This document shows, one piece after another, positions 37,601 through 49,426 of a stretch of DNA of 64,000 nt. Made by a program: the position numbers and the translations under genes. The first letter of the stretch is position 1; every line of letters begins with the position of its first letter. The DNA is from Squalus acanthias (lineage: Eukaryota). Under the pieces are notes generated by a model, which made no database searches, was not told the origin of the DNA, and saw nothing but the letters and a program-made list of their open reading frames with translations. The DNA lies in assembly GCA_030390025.1 (NCBI GenBank), contig CM059431.1, forward strand, positions 117,802,001 through 117,866,000. Direction: 5' to 3'.

Positions 37601-38977
37601 ACCTCGATGGTGGGAAAATGATTGGAAAAAGTTCTGAGGGACAGGAAAAATCTTCATTTAGAAAGACACAAATTAATCAGGAACAGTCAGCATGGATTTG
37701 TTAAGGAAGATAGTGTCTGACTAACTTGATTGAATTCTTTGAGGAGGTAACAAGGAGGGTCGATGAGGGTAGTGCATTTGATGTAGTCTATATGGATTTT
37801 AGCAAGGCTTTTGATAAGGTCCCGCATGGCAGACTGGTCACGAAAGTAAAAGCCCATGGGATCCAAGGCAAAGTGGCAAGTTGGATCCGAAATTGGCTCA
37901 GAGGCAGGAAACAAAGGCTAATGGTCGAAGGGTGTTTTTGTGATTGGAAGGCTGTTTCCAGTGGGGTTCCGCAGGGCTCAGTACTGGGTCCTTTGCTTCT
38001 TGTGGTATATATCAATGATTTGGACTTGAATGTAGGAAGTATGATTCAGAAATTTGCAGATGATACAAAAATTGGCCGTGTGGTTAATAATGAAGAAGAA
38101 AGCTGTAGACTGTAGGAAGATATCAATGGACTGGTCAGGTGGGCAGAACAGTGGCAAATGGAATTCAATCTGGAGAAGTGTGAGGTAATGCATTTGGGGA
38201 GGGCTAACAAGGCAAGGGAACACACTATAAATGGTAGGACACTGAGAAGTGCAGAGGATCAGAGGGGCCTTGGAGTGCATGTCCACAGATCCCTGAAGGT
38301 AGCAGGACAGGTAGATAAGGTGGTTAAGAAGGCATACGGGATACTTGCCTTTATTAGCTGAGGCACAGAATATAAGAGCAGGGAGGTTATGCTTGAACTG
38401 TATCAAACACTAGTTAGGCCGCCGTCACAATACTGTGTACAGTTCTGGTCACCACAGTACAGGAAGGATGTGATTGCACCAGAGAGGGTGCAGAGGAGAT
38501 TTACGAGGATGTTGCCTGGGTTGGGGAATTTTAGCTATGAGGATAGATTGGATAGGCTGGGGTTGTTTTCTTTGGAACAGAGGAGGCAGAGGGGAGACCT
38601 AATTGAGGTGTATAAAATTATGAGGGGCCTAGATAGAGTGGATAGGAAGGACCTATTTCCCTTAGCAGAGGGGTTGATAAACAGGGGGCATAGATTTAAA
38701 GTAATTGGTAGGAGGTTTAGAGGGGATTTGAGGAGAAATGTTTTCACTCAGAGGGTGGTGGGGGTCTGGAACTCACTGCATGAAAGGGTGGTAGAGGCAG
38801 AGACCCTCATCACATATAAAAATACTTGGATATGCACTTGAAGTGCCGTAACCTACAAGGCTACAGACCAAGTACTGGAAAGTGAGATTAGGCTGGATAG
38901 CTCTTTGTCAGCCAGCACGCACAAGATGGGTTGAATGGCCTCCTTCTGTGTTGTAAATTTCTATGATTCTATGATTC
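34687..38977 (+). mobile_element. Near full-length degenerate CR1 LINE
   Basis: 5' UTR, ORF1 35018-35949 (zinc finger plus esterase), ORF2 to about 38840 (APE plus RT), (TTCTATGA)n tail. Confidence 0.95.
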
Positions 38978-40432
38978 ACACTAAACTGGGCAAATCTGTT
39001 AATGGGTAAAACAACAGAATATGAGTGGGAGATGTTCAAAAGATAATTTAAGGTGATAAAGAACCAGTTTATACCCTGGAGGGGCAAGAGTTCTACTTGC
39101 CAAAAAAAACCAGCCATGGACGACTAAAGAGGTAAGGGACAGCTTAAAATTATAGAAAAAGCATACAAAAATGCAAAAATAGCACAGATCCTGGTGAATG
39201 GGAAAGATGCAAAGAACAGCAAAGGGTCACAAAACAGACAGTAAGAGCTACAAAAAGGGAGTATGAAAAGAAACTTGCAAGGGATATCAAAATCAACACA
39301 AAGAATTTTTACAATTATATTAGGAAAAAGAGGGTAGTCAGGAGCAATGTCGGTCCCTTAAAAACTGAAAGCGGTGATATTATCAATGATAATAAGGAAA
39401 TGGCGGACATGTTGAATAATTACTTTGCGTCACTATTTACAGTAGAGGAAGGGGATAGCATGCCAGAAATCCCAAGGAAACTAATATTAAATCAGGCACA
39501 GGGACTCAACAAAATTAACGTAAGTAAAATAACAGTAATGAAGAAAATAATGGCACTAAAGAGTGACAAATCCCCAGGACCAGATGGTTTCCATCCCAGG
39601 GTTTTAAAGGAAGTAGGTGAGCACATTGCAGATGCTCTAACTATAATCTTCCAAAGTTCTCTTGATTCGGGGACCTTTCCTTTAGATTGGAAAATTGGGC
39701 ATGTCACTCCACTATTTAAGAATGGCGAGAGAAGGAAACCAGGGAATTATAGACCAGTTAGTCTAACATCTATTGTGGGGAAATTGCTAGAGTCTATAAT
39801 TAAGGATAGGGTGACTGAACACCTTGAACATTTTCAGTTGATCAGAGAGAGCCAGCATGGATTTGTGAAAGGTAGGTCATGCCTGACAAACCTGATTGAA
39901 TTTTTTGAGGAGGTGACTAAAGAAGTGGACAGGGGAATATTTATGGATGTTATTTATATGGACTTCCAGAAGGCATTTGATAAAGTCCCAGATAAGAGAT
40001 TGTTAACTAAGGTAGAAGCCCATGGAATTGAGGGCAAATTATTGACCTGGTTAGGAAATTGGTTGAGCGGCAGGAGACAGGCAGTAGGGATAATGGGTAG
40101 GTCCTCAAATTGGCAGGAGGTGACTAGTGGGGATCTGTGTTGGGGCCTCAACTATTCACAATATTTATTAACAACTTAGATGATGGCATAGAATTTAGGA
40201 AACACTTCTACACACAAACGGTGGTAGAAGTTTGTAACTCTCTTCTGCAAATGGCAATTGATGCTAGATCACTTGTTAAATTTAAATCGGGGATTGATAG
40301 CTTGTTGTTAACTATTAAGGGATATGGGCCAAAGGCGGGCATATGGAGTTAGATCGCAGATCAGCCATGATCTCATTGAATGGTGGAACAGGCTCGAGGG
40401 GCTGAATGGCCCACTCCTGTACCTATGTTCCT
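38978..40432 (+). mobile_element. 5'-truncated CR1 LINE with internal deletion near 40190
   Basis: KSPGPDGFHPRVLKE, YRPVSLTS, DFQKAFDKV; 3' end like 4797-5520. Confidence 0.9.
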
Positions 40433-40645
40433 ATATGGTGTATAAAGGGTCATGGTTTTCAACAGTTTGTCAGAGTGTACTCAAAAGATACAGAAACCGA
40501 ATATCCACTCTAAGTATACAGTTAGAGACCGATCACCTTTACTGTATATCAATAAAGTTTGTTTCGTATACTTCACTACGAAGTCTCATGCTTAATCGAA
40601 ATGCGTTGTGTGAACGAGAGGAGAAAGGAGGTTGACTGCCTAACA
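40433..40645 (+). repeat. 3' part of the 5' LTR of element 2
   Basis: TATAAA, AATAAA, ends CTAACA; repeated at 51999-52207. Confidence 0.85.
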
Positions 40646-40647
40646 TT

Positions 40648-40663
40648 TGGTGCCGTGAACTCG
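40648..40663 (+). promoter_or_regulatory. Primer binding site, tRNA-His
   Basis: TGGTGCCGTGAACTCG versus canonical TGGTGCCGTGACTCGGAT, 2 nt after the LTR. Confidence 0.75.
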
Positions 40664-40734
40664 TTCAACGAATACGCAGATGATAAGTATGAATTAATAT
40701 CGATAGCTCCTTGGTTCACGATCGAGGGAATAGG

Positions 40735-41498
40735 ATGGAATTAGACAAAATAGTTGGCTTCTCGACCAAGTTGGTCCCTTTGAAAATTTCTGACTGGATT
40801 AAAAGTAAGGGGGGGACCTTACGGTTTTTCCAAGGAAATTTTAAACGGGAGCTGGGAATAGATTGAGCAGGCACTGGAGAATGTGTAACTGCAGAGACAA
40901 AAAGACAGTAGAGAGAAAATGCTCCTGTTTCAGTAGAAACAAAATGAAAGGAGACAGACAACATACCTGCTGCAAGGGCTTTGTCTGGGAATAGGTGCCT
41001 TGTGGAGAAAGCATGCTCAGACGCAGGCTGAAAATAGGGTCTTGAAGGCAGAAATAGAGAAGCTTAAAGAGGAGTTTGATGCTGTCAGGGTCCATGCTGT
41101 GTAAGCGGCTAATTTGTTCCCAGCTAGTCACAATGCTGTGGTGCAAATGTGTGATGAGAGAGAGGCGTTGGATGATAAAGTGTGCACTTTGGAAGTTGAG
41201 CTGAACAGACTACAGTTAGAAAAGGTGCTGGAATAAGTGTGCCTACAGAAGCAAATACAGAAACAGAATCAAATACAGAAACTGGAACACAAGCAGATAC
41301 AAAAAGACAGTGGCCTTGGCTAATGAAAGAACAGTCTGAGGTGTTGCTCCTTAATTTGGTGAAGGAAGCCGTGGATGAGAAACTGATGCAGAAACAGTTA
41401 GAGATGAAAGGACTGGGAGAAGCTTGCTCAGAAGCATTTAAAGTTTCTGTAGGAATGGGCTGTCTCAGAACTGATGAGATGTTCAGTGAAAAGATAAA
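40735..41498 (+). pseudogene. Degenerate gag-like ORF of element 2
   Basis: MELDKIVGF.. follows the PBS; charged fragments with stops; assigned from position only. Confidence 0.4.
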
Positions 41499-41732
41499 GG
41501 GGGAGAAATTCGGTATCGCACCGTTTGGGGTGCAATTATCATCCGGGCGCAAAGTTTAGCGCCTGGCGCTAATTATCCCCTCCGACTGCAAACTTGGCTT
41601 CTATCGTCTGGAGGTGATTGGAGCTCTAAATCAGGTGCTACACACCTCTCTTAAGGTGCTAACGCTGAGGAGCGAGGCGCTACCTCAGAGCGCTGGCTAA
41701 TGGGAGGTACAAAGCAGCCAAATTTTTCCCCC
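41499..41732. mobile_element. 234-bp deletion derivative of the Harbinger MITE
   Basis: Both TIRs present; AAA TSD. Confidence 0.85.
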
Positions 41733-42185
41733 AAATGGCTAGAAATTGGGCTCCTTTGCCCCTTCCGTTAGTGCCTCTGGAATGGGTTTGCGACCGTACG
41801 CGGCGATATCAACGCCTCCCACTAAATTCAGCTGGAGTTTTGCGGCGGCGTTAAGACATTGCGCCCCCATCTCCTGCGCCCGGAGATCGTGACGTCATTG
41901 CCGTGCATAGCGCCCCGGTTGCACCCCAGATGAAAAGTTCCCTCTTGCCCCCTGCTTGTGCGCCTGTCATTAGCAACAACAGGTAGAGGCGGCGGCTTTC
42001 AGTCGATGTCCGCTGGAGGAGCGCCATTTAAAGGCGTCCACATCCGGTTTAGTTTTCGTTGGCCAACAATGCTGTGTTGTTAATTTCACATAGGAGCGTT
42101 TTGCATTTTAACAAGGGTTCTGGCACATAAAGATTCTTCAGTTTCATTGAGGGGAGATTTGAAAGTGCAATATTTGTATCCATTC

Positions 42186-43437
42186 ATGGGGGCTGCACTG
42201 GCACTGGACCTCACCTTTTAGTGTCAACGTCGGAGGCAACTGAGGCACAGAGAATGAGTGCAAAATGTGGCCAGAGGTAGGAGGGCGAACAGAGCTCTCA
42301 ACAGGAGGCCTTACCCACCCAGGGTAATCTGGCAGCAGAGGTAGGAGGGTGAACAGGGCTCTCAACAGGAGGTCTTACCCACCCAGGGTATTCCGGCAGC
42401 AGTTCTCCCGCATGAATTTCACTGAGGACCAGTGTGTTAGAAGGCTCCGCTTCAGCAAGGGCGTGGTCACAGAGCTCAGCCACCTCCTGCAGCCAGACCT
42501 CGAGCCTGAGATCAGGACCACCACGGCTCTCTCAGTGGCAGTCAAGGTCACCGTCGCCCTCAATTTCTACGCCAGCGGATCATTCCAGTGTGTGACAGGC
42601 GACATCTCCAACATCTCCCAGTTTGCCGTCCATTGCTCCATCCGCCAGGTCACAGATGCTCTGTACAGAAGGAGAAGGGTTCACATTTCCATCCCCATGG
42701 CCAGAGAGAAGCAGCGCAAGCGTGCATGTGGCTTTGCCAGTATAGCGGGCTTCCCCATGGTGCAGGGCGCCATTGACTGCACCCACGTCGTTTGCGGGCA
42801 CTTCATAACAATCCTGAGGTATTCTGTACCTGCAAAGGCTACCACTCACTTAATGTGCAGTTGTGTGCGACCACACACGGCGAATCCTGACCGTCAATGC
42901 CCGCTATCCTGGCAGCAGCCACGATGCCTTCATCCTGTGCCAGGCTGGTGTGCCAGATCTGTTCCAGCCACCACATCAAGCTTGCGGCTGGCTGCTGGGG
43001 GACAAGGGCTATCTGCTCTCCTCCTGGCTCATGACCCTCCTCGGCAACCCCAACACTCCTGGCCAGCAATCATATAATGAGAGCCAAGCTGCCATCAGGA
43101 ACATCATTGAGCAGACCATCGGAGTGCTCAAGCAACGGTTCCGCTGCCTTGGTCGCTCAGGAGGAGCCCTCCAGTATTTGGCTGAGTGTCACTTTAAATT
43201 GTCATCTGCTGCATACTGCACAACTTGGTCATTATGAGGGCGTAGCCAATGCCACCAGGCATAACTCCACCACCTCAGGAGGAGGAGGAGGAGGACGAGG
43301 AGGAGGACGAGGACGAGGAGGAAGAAGAGGAGCAGGAGGAACAGGAGGACGAACATCAGCGATGGAGGAGGCAGCAACTGAATTGGAATTCTGCAAGGTC
43401 AGTCCGTGACCGCCTCATCAGATTTTGTTTCCAGTGA
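42186..43437 (+). pseudogene. Harbinger DDE transposase D
   Basis: KVTVALNFYASGSFQ, GAIDCTHV, YPGSSHDAFI, LLGDKGY, IEQTIGVLKQRFRCL; frameshifts. Confidence 0.9.
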
Positions 43438-43825
43438 CTTTGAGTCCTCGTTCTGTTTGCTGAGCACGTCGCCATCAATGGAGCAAGGAATGCAGACATT
43501 CTCAGGAGGTGGAAAGTGAGAAAGGTTTGTGGTGTGAGGGGGACATGGGATGAGAGAAGGAGAGGGGTTGAAGTTACCGTTTTTGCACTTAATGGGGTCG
43601 ACGTCGCCGACGGCCATTGTGCCTACCACCTGCTGCCCAATGAGTCACTGCACTCGTTCCTCAAGGTCTGAGAGCTGCTGGAGCTGCGCATCACCCCCGC
43701 CTGTTCTGTGGTGCTCCCTCCTATTGTGGGCCTATCATAGAATCATAGAATCATAGAAGATAGGAGCAGGAGTAGGCCATTCGGCCCCTCTAGCCTGCTC
43801 CGCCATTCAATGCAATCATGGCTGA

Positions 43826-46823
43826 TCATCCAAATTCAGTACACTGTCCCTGCTTTCTCCCCATATCCCTTGATCCCTTAGCCTTAAGAAATATATCCAA
43901 CTCCTTCTTGAATCTATTTAATGAATTGGCCTCTACTGCCTTCTGTGGCAGAGAATTCCACAGGTTCACCACTCTCTGGGTGAAGAAATTCCTCCTCATT
44001 TCTGTCCTAAATGGCTTACCCCTTATCCTTAGACTGTGACCCCTGGTTCTGGACTCCCCGACCATCAGGAACATCCTTCCTGCATCTAGTTTGTCCTGTC
44101 CTGTCAGAACTTTATAAGTTTCAATGAGATCCCCTCTCATTCTTCTAAACTCCAGCAAGTATAAGCCCAATCGACCCAATCTTTCTTCATACATCATTCC
44201 TGCCATCCCAGGTATCAGCCTTGTGAATCTTCGCTGAACTCCTTCCATGGCAAGAACATCCTTCCTCAGATAAGGCGACCAAAACTGCACACGTTACTCA
44301 AAGTGTGGTCTCACCAAGGCCCTGTACAACTGCAGCAAGACATCCTTGTTCCTGTACTCAAACCCTCTCGCTATGAAGGCCAACATACCATTTGCCTTCT
44401 TAACCGCCTGCTGCACCTGCATGCTTACCTTCAGCGACTGGTGCACAAGAACACCCAGGTCTCGTTGCACTTCCCCTTCTGCCAATCTATTGCCATTCAG
44501 ATAATAGTCTGCCTTTCTGTTTTTGACACCAAAGTGGATAACCTCGCATTTATCCACGTTATATTGCATCTGCCACGCTTCTGCCCAATCACCCAACCTG
44601 TCCAAATCATCCTGGAGTTTCTCGGCATCCTCCTCGCAGCACACACGCCCACCCAGTTTTGTGTCGTCTGCAAACTTGGAGATATTACATCTAGTTCCCT
44701 TGTCTAGATCATTAATATATATTGTGAATAGCTGGGGTCCAAGGGACCGATTCCTGCGGTACCCCACTAGTCACTGCCTGCCACTCGGAAAAAGACTCGT
44801 TTATTGCAACTCTTTGCTTTCTGTTTGCCAACCAGTTCTCTATCCAAGTCAATACCTTGCCCCCAATCCCATGTGCCTTAACTTTACACGCTAATCTCTT
44901 ATGTGGGACCTTATCAAAAGCCTTTTGGAAGTCCAAATACACCACATCCACTGGTTCTCCCTTATCGATTTTGCCAGTTACATCCTCAAAAAATTCCAAT
45001 AGATTAGTCAAGCATGATTTAAATTTTGTAAATCCATGTTGACTTTGTCCGATCCTGTCACTGTTTTTCAAGTGGTCAGCTATTACATCTTTTATAATGG
45101 ACTCTAGCATTTTCCCCACTACCGATGTCAGGCTTACCGGTCTGTAATCCCCCGTTTTCTCTCTACCACTCTTTTTGAATAGTGGGGTAACATTAGCTAC
45201 CCTCCAATCCATGGGTACTGTTCCAGATTCCATCGAATGTTGGAAGATGATCAGCAATGCATCTACTATTTCTAGGGCCACTTCCTTAAGTACCCTAGGA
45301 TGTAGATTATCAGGCCCTGGGGATTTATCGGCCTTCAATCCCTTCAATTTCCCTAACACCATTTCCCTACAAATACTGATTTCTTTCAGTTCCTCCCTTT
45401 CATCAGACCCTATGTTCCCCAACATCTCTGGGAGGTTATTTGTGTCCTCCTTTGTGAAGACAGAACCAAAATATGTATTTAATTGGTCTGACATTTCTTT
45501 GTTCCCCATTATAAGTTCCCCTGATTCTGACTGCAAGGGACCTATGCTTGATTTCACTAATCTTTTTCTCTTCACATATCTATAAAAGCTTTTACAGTCA
45601 GTTTTTATGTTTCCTGCAAGCTTACTCTCGTATTCTATTTTCCCCTTCTTAATTAATCCCTTTGTCCTCCTTTGTTGAATCTTAAACTGCTCCCAATCCA
45701 CAGGGTTACTGCTTTTTCTGGCCAATTTATATGCCCTCTCCTTGGATCTTATGCTATCCCTAATTTCCCTTGTTAGCCATGGTTGAGTCACCCTTTTTGT
45801 TTTATTCTTATTCCAAACTGGGATGAACAAATTCTGTAGTTCGTCCATGCGGTCTTTGAATGTTTGCCATTGCCTCTCCACCGTCAACCCTTTGAGTGAC
45901 ATTCCCCAATCAATCCTACCCAACTCGCACCTCATACCATCGTAGTTTCCTTTATTTAAATTCAGGACCCTAGTCTCTGAGTCAACTACTTCACTCTCCA
46001 TCCTAATGAAGAATTCTATCATATTATGATCGCTCCGACTTAAGGGGCCTCACACAACAAGATTGCTAATTAATCCTTTCTCATTGCATAATACCCAGTC
46101 TAAGATGGCCTGATCTCTGGTTGGTTCCTCGACATATTGGTCCAGGAAACCATCCCGTAAACACTCCAGGAATTCCTCCTCCATAGTATTGTTACTAATT
46201 TGGTTAGCCCAATCTATATGTAGATTAAAGTCACCCATGATGACTGCTGTGCCCTTATTGCACGCTTCTCTAATTTCCCTTTTAATGCCATCCCCAACCT
46301 CCGCATTACTGTTTGGAGGTCTATATATCACTCCCACTAACGTTTTCTGCCCCTTGTTATTTCTCAGTTCAACCCATACAGATTCCACATCATCAGAGCT
46401 AATATCCTTCCTTTCAATTGTGTTAATCCCCTCTTTAACCAGCAATGCTACCCCACCTCCCTTTCCTTTTTGCCTATCTTTCCTGAATATTGAGTACCCC
46501 TGGATATTAAGTTCCCAGCCTTGGCCACCCTGGAGCCATGTTTCGGTAATCCCAATCAAATCATATTCGTTTACCTCTATTTGCGCAGCTAATTCGTCCA
46601 CCTTGTTCCGAATGCTCCTTGCATTAAGACACAAAGCCTTCAGGCTTGTTTTTTTAACGCTCTTAGACCTATTAGAATTAGTATTTACTGTGGCCATGTT
46701 TGATTTAAACCGTTGTTTTCTCTGACTGCAACTTTTGTTTTTCTCCTTCCTATCTTTTGCTTTTATCCTTGTTTCCCTTTCCTCTGTCTCCCTGCTCAGG
46801 TTCCCAACCCCCTGCCATTTTAG
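43826..46823 (-). pseudogene. CR1 ORF2 (APE endonuclease plus reverse transcriptase), about 3 frame disruptions
   Basis: LNARSIRNK, GITETWL, MGDFN, FQKAFDKVPH, KFADDTKL. Confidence 0.95.
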
Positions 46824-47770
46824 TTTAAACCCTCCCCCAGAGCACTAGCAAACACTCCCCCTAGGACATCGGTCCCGGCCCTGCCCAGGTGTAGACCGTC
46901 CGGTTTGTACTGGTCCCACCTCCCCCAGAACCGGTTCCAATGTCCCAGGAATTTGAATCCCTCTCCCTTGCACCATTCCTCTAGCCACATATTCAGTTGA
47001 AATATCCTTCTATTTCTACTCTGACTAGCACGTGGCACTGGTAGCAATCCTGAGATTACCACCTTTGAGGTCCTATTTTTTAATTTACCTCCTAACTCCC
47101 TATATTCTGCTTTTAGGATCTCATCCCGTTTTTTACCTATATCGTTGGTACCTATATGTACCACGACAACTGGCTGTTCACCCTCCCCTTCCAAAATGCT
47201 CTGTAGCCGCTCTGAGCCATCCTTGACCCTTGCACCAGGGAGGCAACATACCATCCTGGAGTCTCGTTTGCTGCTGCAGAAACGCCTATCTATTCCCCTT
47301 ACAATAGAATCCCCTATCACGATAGCTCTCCCACTCTTTTTCCTCCCATCCTGTGCAGCAGAACCACCTATGGTGCTAGGAAGTTGGCTGCTGCTGTCTT
47401 CCCCTGATAAGCCATCTCCCTCAACAATATCCAAAGCGGTATATCTGTTTGAGAGGGGGATGGCCACAGGGGACCCCTGCACTACCTGCCTGCGCCTATT
47501 ACTCTGCCTGGTGGTCACCCATTCCCTTCCTGCCTGTACACCCTTTACCTGCGGTGTGACCAACTCCCTAAACGTGATATCCACGATGTTCTCAGCATCG
47601 CGAATGCTCCAGTATGCATCCATCCGCAGCTCCAGCGCCGAAATGCAGTCTGTCAGTAGCTGCAGCTGGATACATTTCCCACACACATGGTTGTCAGGGA
47701 CACAGGAAGTGTCCCTGATTTCCCACATAGCGCAGGAAGAGCATGTCACAGCACTGAGCTGTCCTGCCAT
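46820..47770 (-). CDS. CR1 ORF1p, 316 aa: zinc finger/leucine zipper plus SGNH esterase-like domain, intact
   Basis: CSSC..CGKC; VIGDS, LPGA, HIGTND, DGLH blocks. Confidence 0.9.
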   Translation of the reverse strand: MAGQLSAVTCSSCAMWEIRDTSCVPDNHVCGKCIQLQLLTDCISALELRMDAYWSIRDAENIVDITFRELVTPQVKGVQAGREWVTTRQSNRRRQVVQGSPVAIPLSNRYTALDIVEGDGLSGEDSSSQLPSTIGGSAAQDGRKKSGRAIVIGDSIVRGIDRRFCSSKRDSRMVCCLPGARVKDGSERLQSILEGEGEQPVVVVHIGTNDIGKKRDEILKAEYRELGGKLKNRTSKVVISGLLPVPRASQSRNRRIFQLNMWLEEWCKGEGFKFLGHWNRFWGRWDQYKPDGLHLGRAGTDVLGGVFASALGEGLN

Positions 47771-49426
47771 GACTTACCCTTTAATTAATTAATTAAAATT
47801 AAATTTAAATTAAATGGATCCTACCAATTACACTGGAATTATGTGATATACTTAAGGGCCCTTACTTAACAGTAGTCCCCGCTACACAAAGAGAACGTAG
47901 AAGCCACAAAATTTAAGTTTAGAAAAATTGAGAAAGAAAACACTCACCAACCAATCACTTACCTGCTTTTTGGTGACGTCACACTACGAATACTTTTTTG
48001 CTTCCCTCTCCCGGAACCTGGATTTGTAAGCCGCCTCGGGGCTCACCTTAAGTACCGCCGCTCGCCACCTCTGTTCCCTCGCAGGTCCGCTGCCTCTGCC
48101 GCCTCGCCGCTCTAGGCCTCGCTGCCGCCTCGGGGCTCACCTTAAGTACCGCCGCTCGCCGCCTCTGTTCCCTCGCAGGTCCGCCGCCTCTGCTGCCTCG
48201 CCGCCTACAAGAGAAACAAATGTGTTTCAGTCAGAGTCCAGCTATGTGTTTGGGAGATATGCCTGCCATCATTGAATAGCTGTGATTGTGGCAAGGTGTG
48301 AGATGTGGATGTGAGTTTGAGTCGGTGAAGATGTTTGGTGGGTGAGTGGTGGGGGTGTGGTTGTTGGCGCAGTGTGCTCAGACTGAGGTTCAGATGCTGG
48401 TATGTAGGAGCTGTTGAAGCATGTACTCACCTTGACCACCCGACCGAGGTCGTTGAATTACTTGCGGCACTGTGTCAGGCTACGTTCCACAAAACTTCTG
48501 GCTGAGACTTCCTGGGCCACTTCCCTCCACATTGCCCTGAACACCTGAGGCGATGGTCTCCTTCCAGTGGCTGGAACAGCATTGCCCTCCTTCACTCCAC
48601 TCCAACCACCAATGCCTCCAAAGCCACGTCTGTGAACCGACGAGCTCTCTCCCTGGAGTGGGAACAGCCATAGCCATCAGGGGATTCATTTGCTCGCAGG
48701 TCACCTCAAAGTCAGCAATGCTGAAAATGAGCATCTGCACAATGATGCAACCTCCCTTTAAGAGTTGAAAGGAACCAGTGTGAAGGATCATTGCTGAATG
48801 CATTGTACCTGAAATTCATTAGCGCTCTGCTGGTAGCGCCCCTGTAGCACCCCACTGAGGTCATTAGTGCTTGATTTAGCGCCCCACTTCCTTCCTGGGG
48901 CGCTAAAACCCAATTTAGTAGAAATTTAGAATCCTTAGCGCCTGGCGCTAAATTTTCAAAATTTCAAAAGTTAGCGCCCCAAATGGAGCGATATCCAATT
49001 TCACCACCAAAATATGGGAGTTGAAGCATGGACTAAAGGGATGTGAAATGGGAGTTGGACTGCTGAAAATGTTGAGAGAGGCAGTTATAGCAGTTCCTAA
49101 GCATTAACTGAGAAAAGGATTGGGACTCTGGACTGAATATTTAGCATTCCCTTCACCCTTTACTCTATGTCGTTACACTAATCCCGTATACAAGAGGAAA
49201 GTGTTAAGAACTGTGCAGTCGGTAAAAGGCTTGGGTGAGGACACATACTGAGAGCTTGAAAATTTGAATCAGTACAGAATGGGATTCAGTAGAAAACATC
49301 AGAAATTGAAAATTGGTTTAAGGAAAAAAAGATAAAAATAGTTTTGATGGAATAAAGGAGAAAAGGGGAAGCTCATGTCTCTTTTCTACTGATCCACAGT
49401 TTTTTTGTTTTCAGTGTGAATGTTAA

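Larger units (their letters stand above)
43735..48202 (-). mobile_element. Full-length CR1 LINE (4468 bp)
   Basis: GC-rich tandem 5' repeat, ORF1, ORF2, (TTCTATGA)n tail; flanked by GCCTA/GCCTA. Confidence 0.95.
43600..48690 (-). pseudogene. Harbinger D Myb/SANT-like gene relic split by CR1
   Basis: Exon 1 ..QCRK*FNDLGRVVK then GTGAGT near 48430; exon 2 AHNRREHHRTGG at 43695-43731. Confidence 0.75.
41736..49008. mobile_element. Harbinger element D
   Basis: TGGCTAGAAATTGG / CCAATTTCACCACC termini; AAA flanks; transposase (+) and Myb relic (-). Confidence 0.8.

Noticed and set aside
42186..43437. Host HARBI1 gene
   Set aside because: Frameshifted, multi-copy, within TIRs and paired with a Myb gene, so a transposon copy rather than the domesticated gene
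46189..47792. Long antisense ORFs over CR1 (178 aa and 215 aa)
   Set aside because: Shadow ORFs opposite real coding frames, with no domain features
48030..48202. CRISPR-like repeat array
   Set aside because: Only two long units in a CR1 5' UTR, in a eukaryotic context with no cas genes
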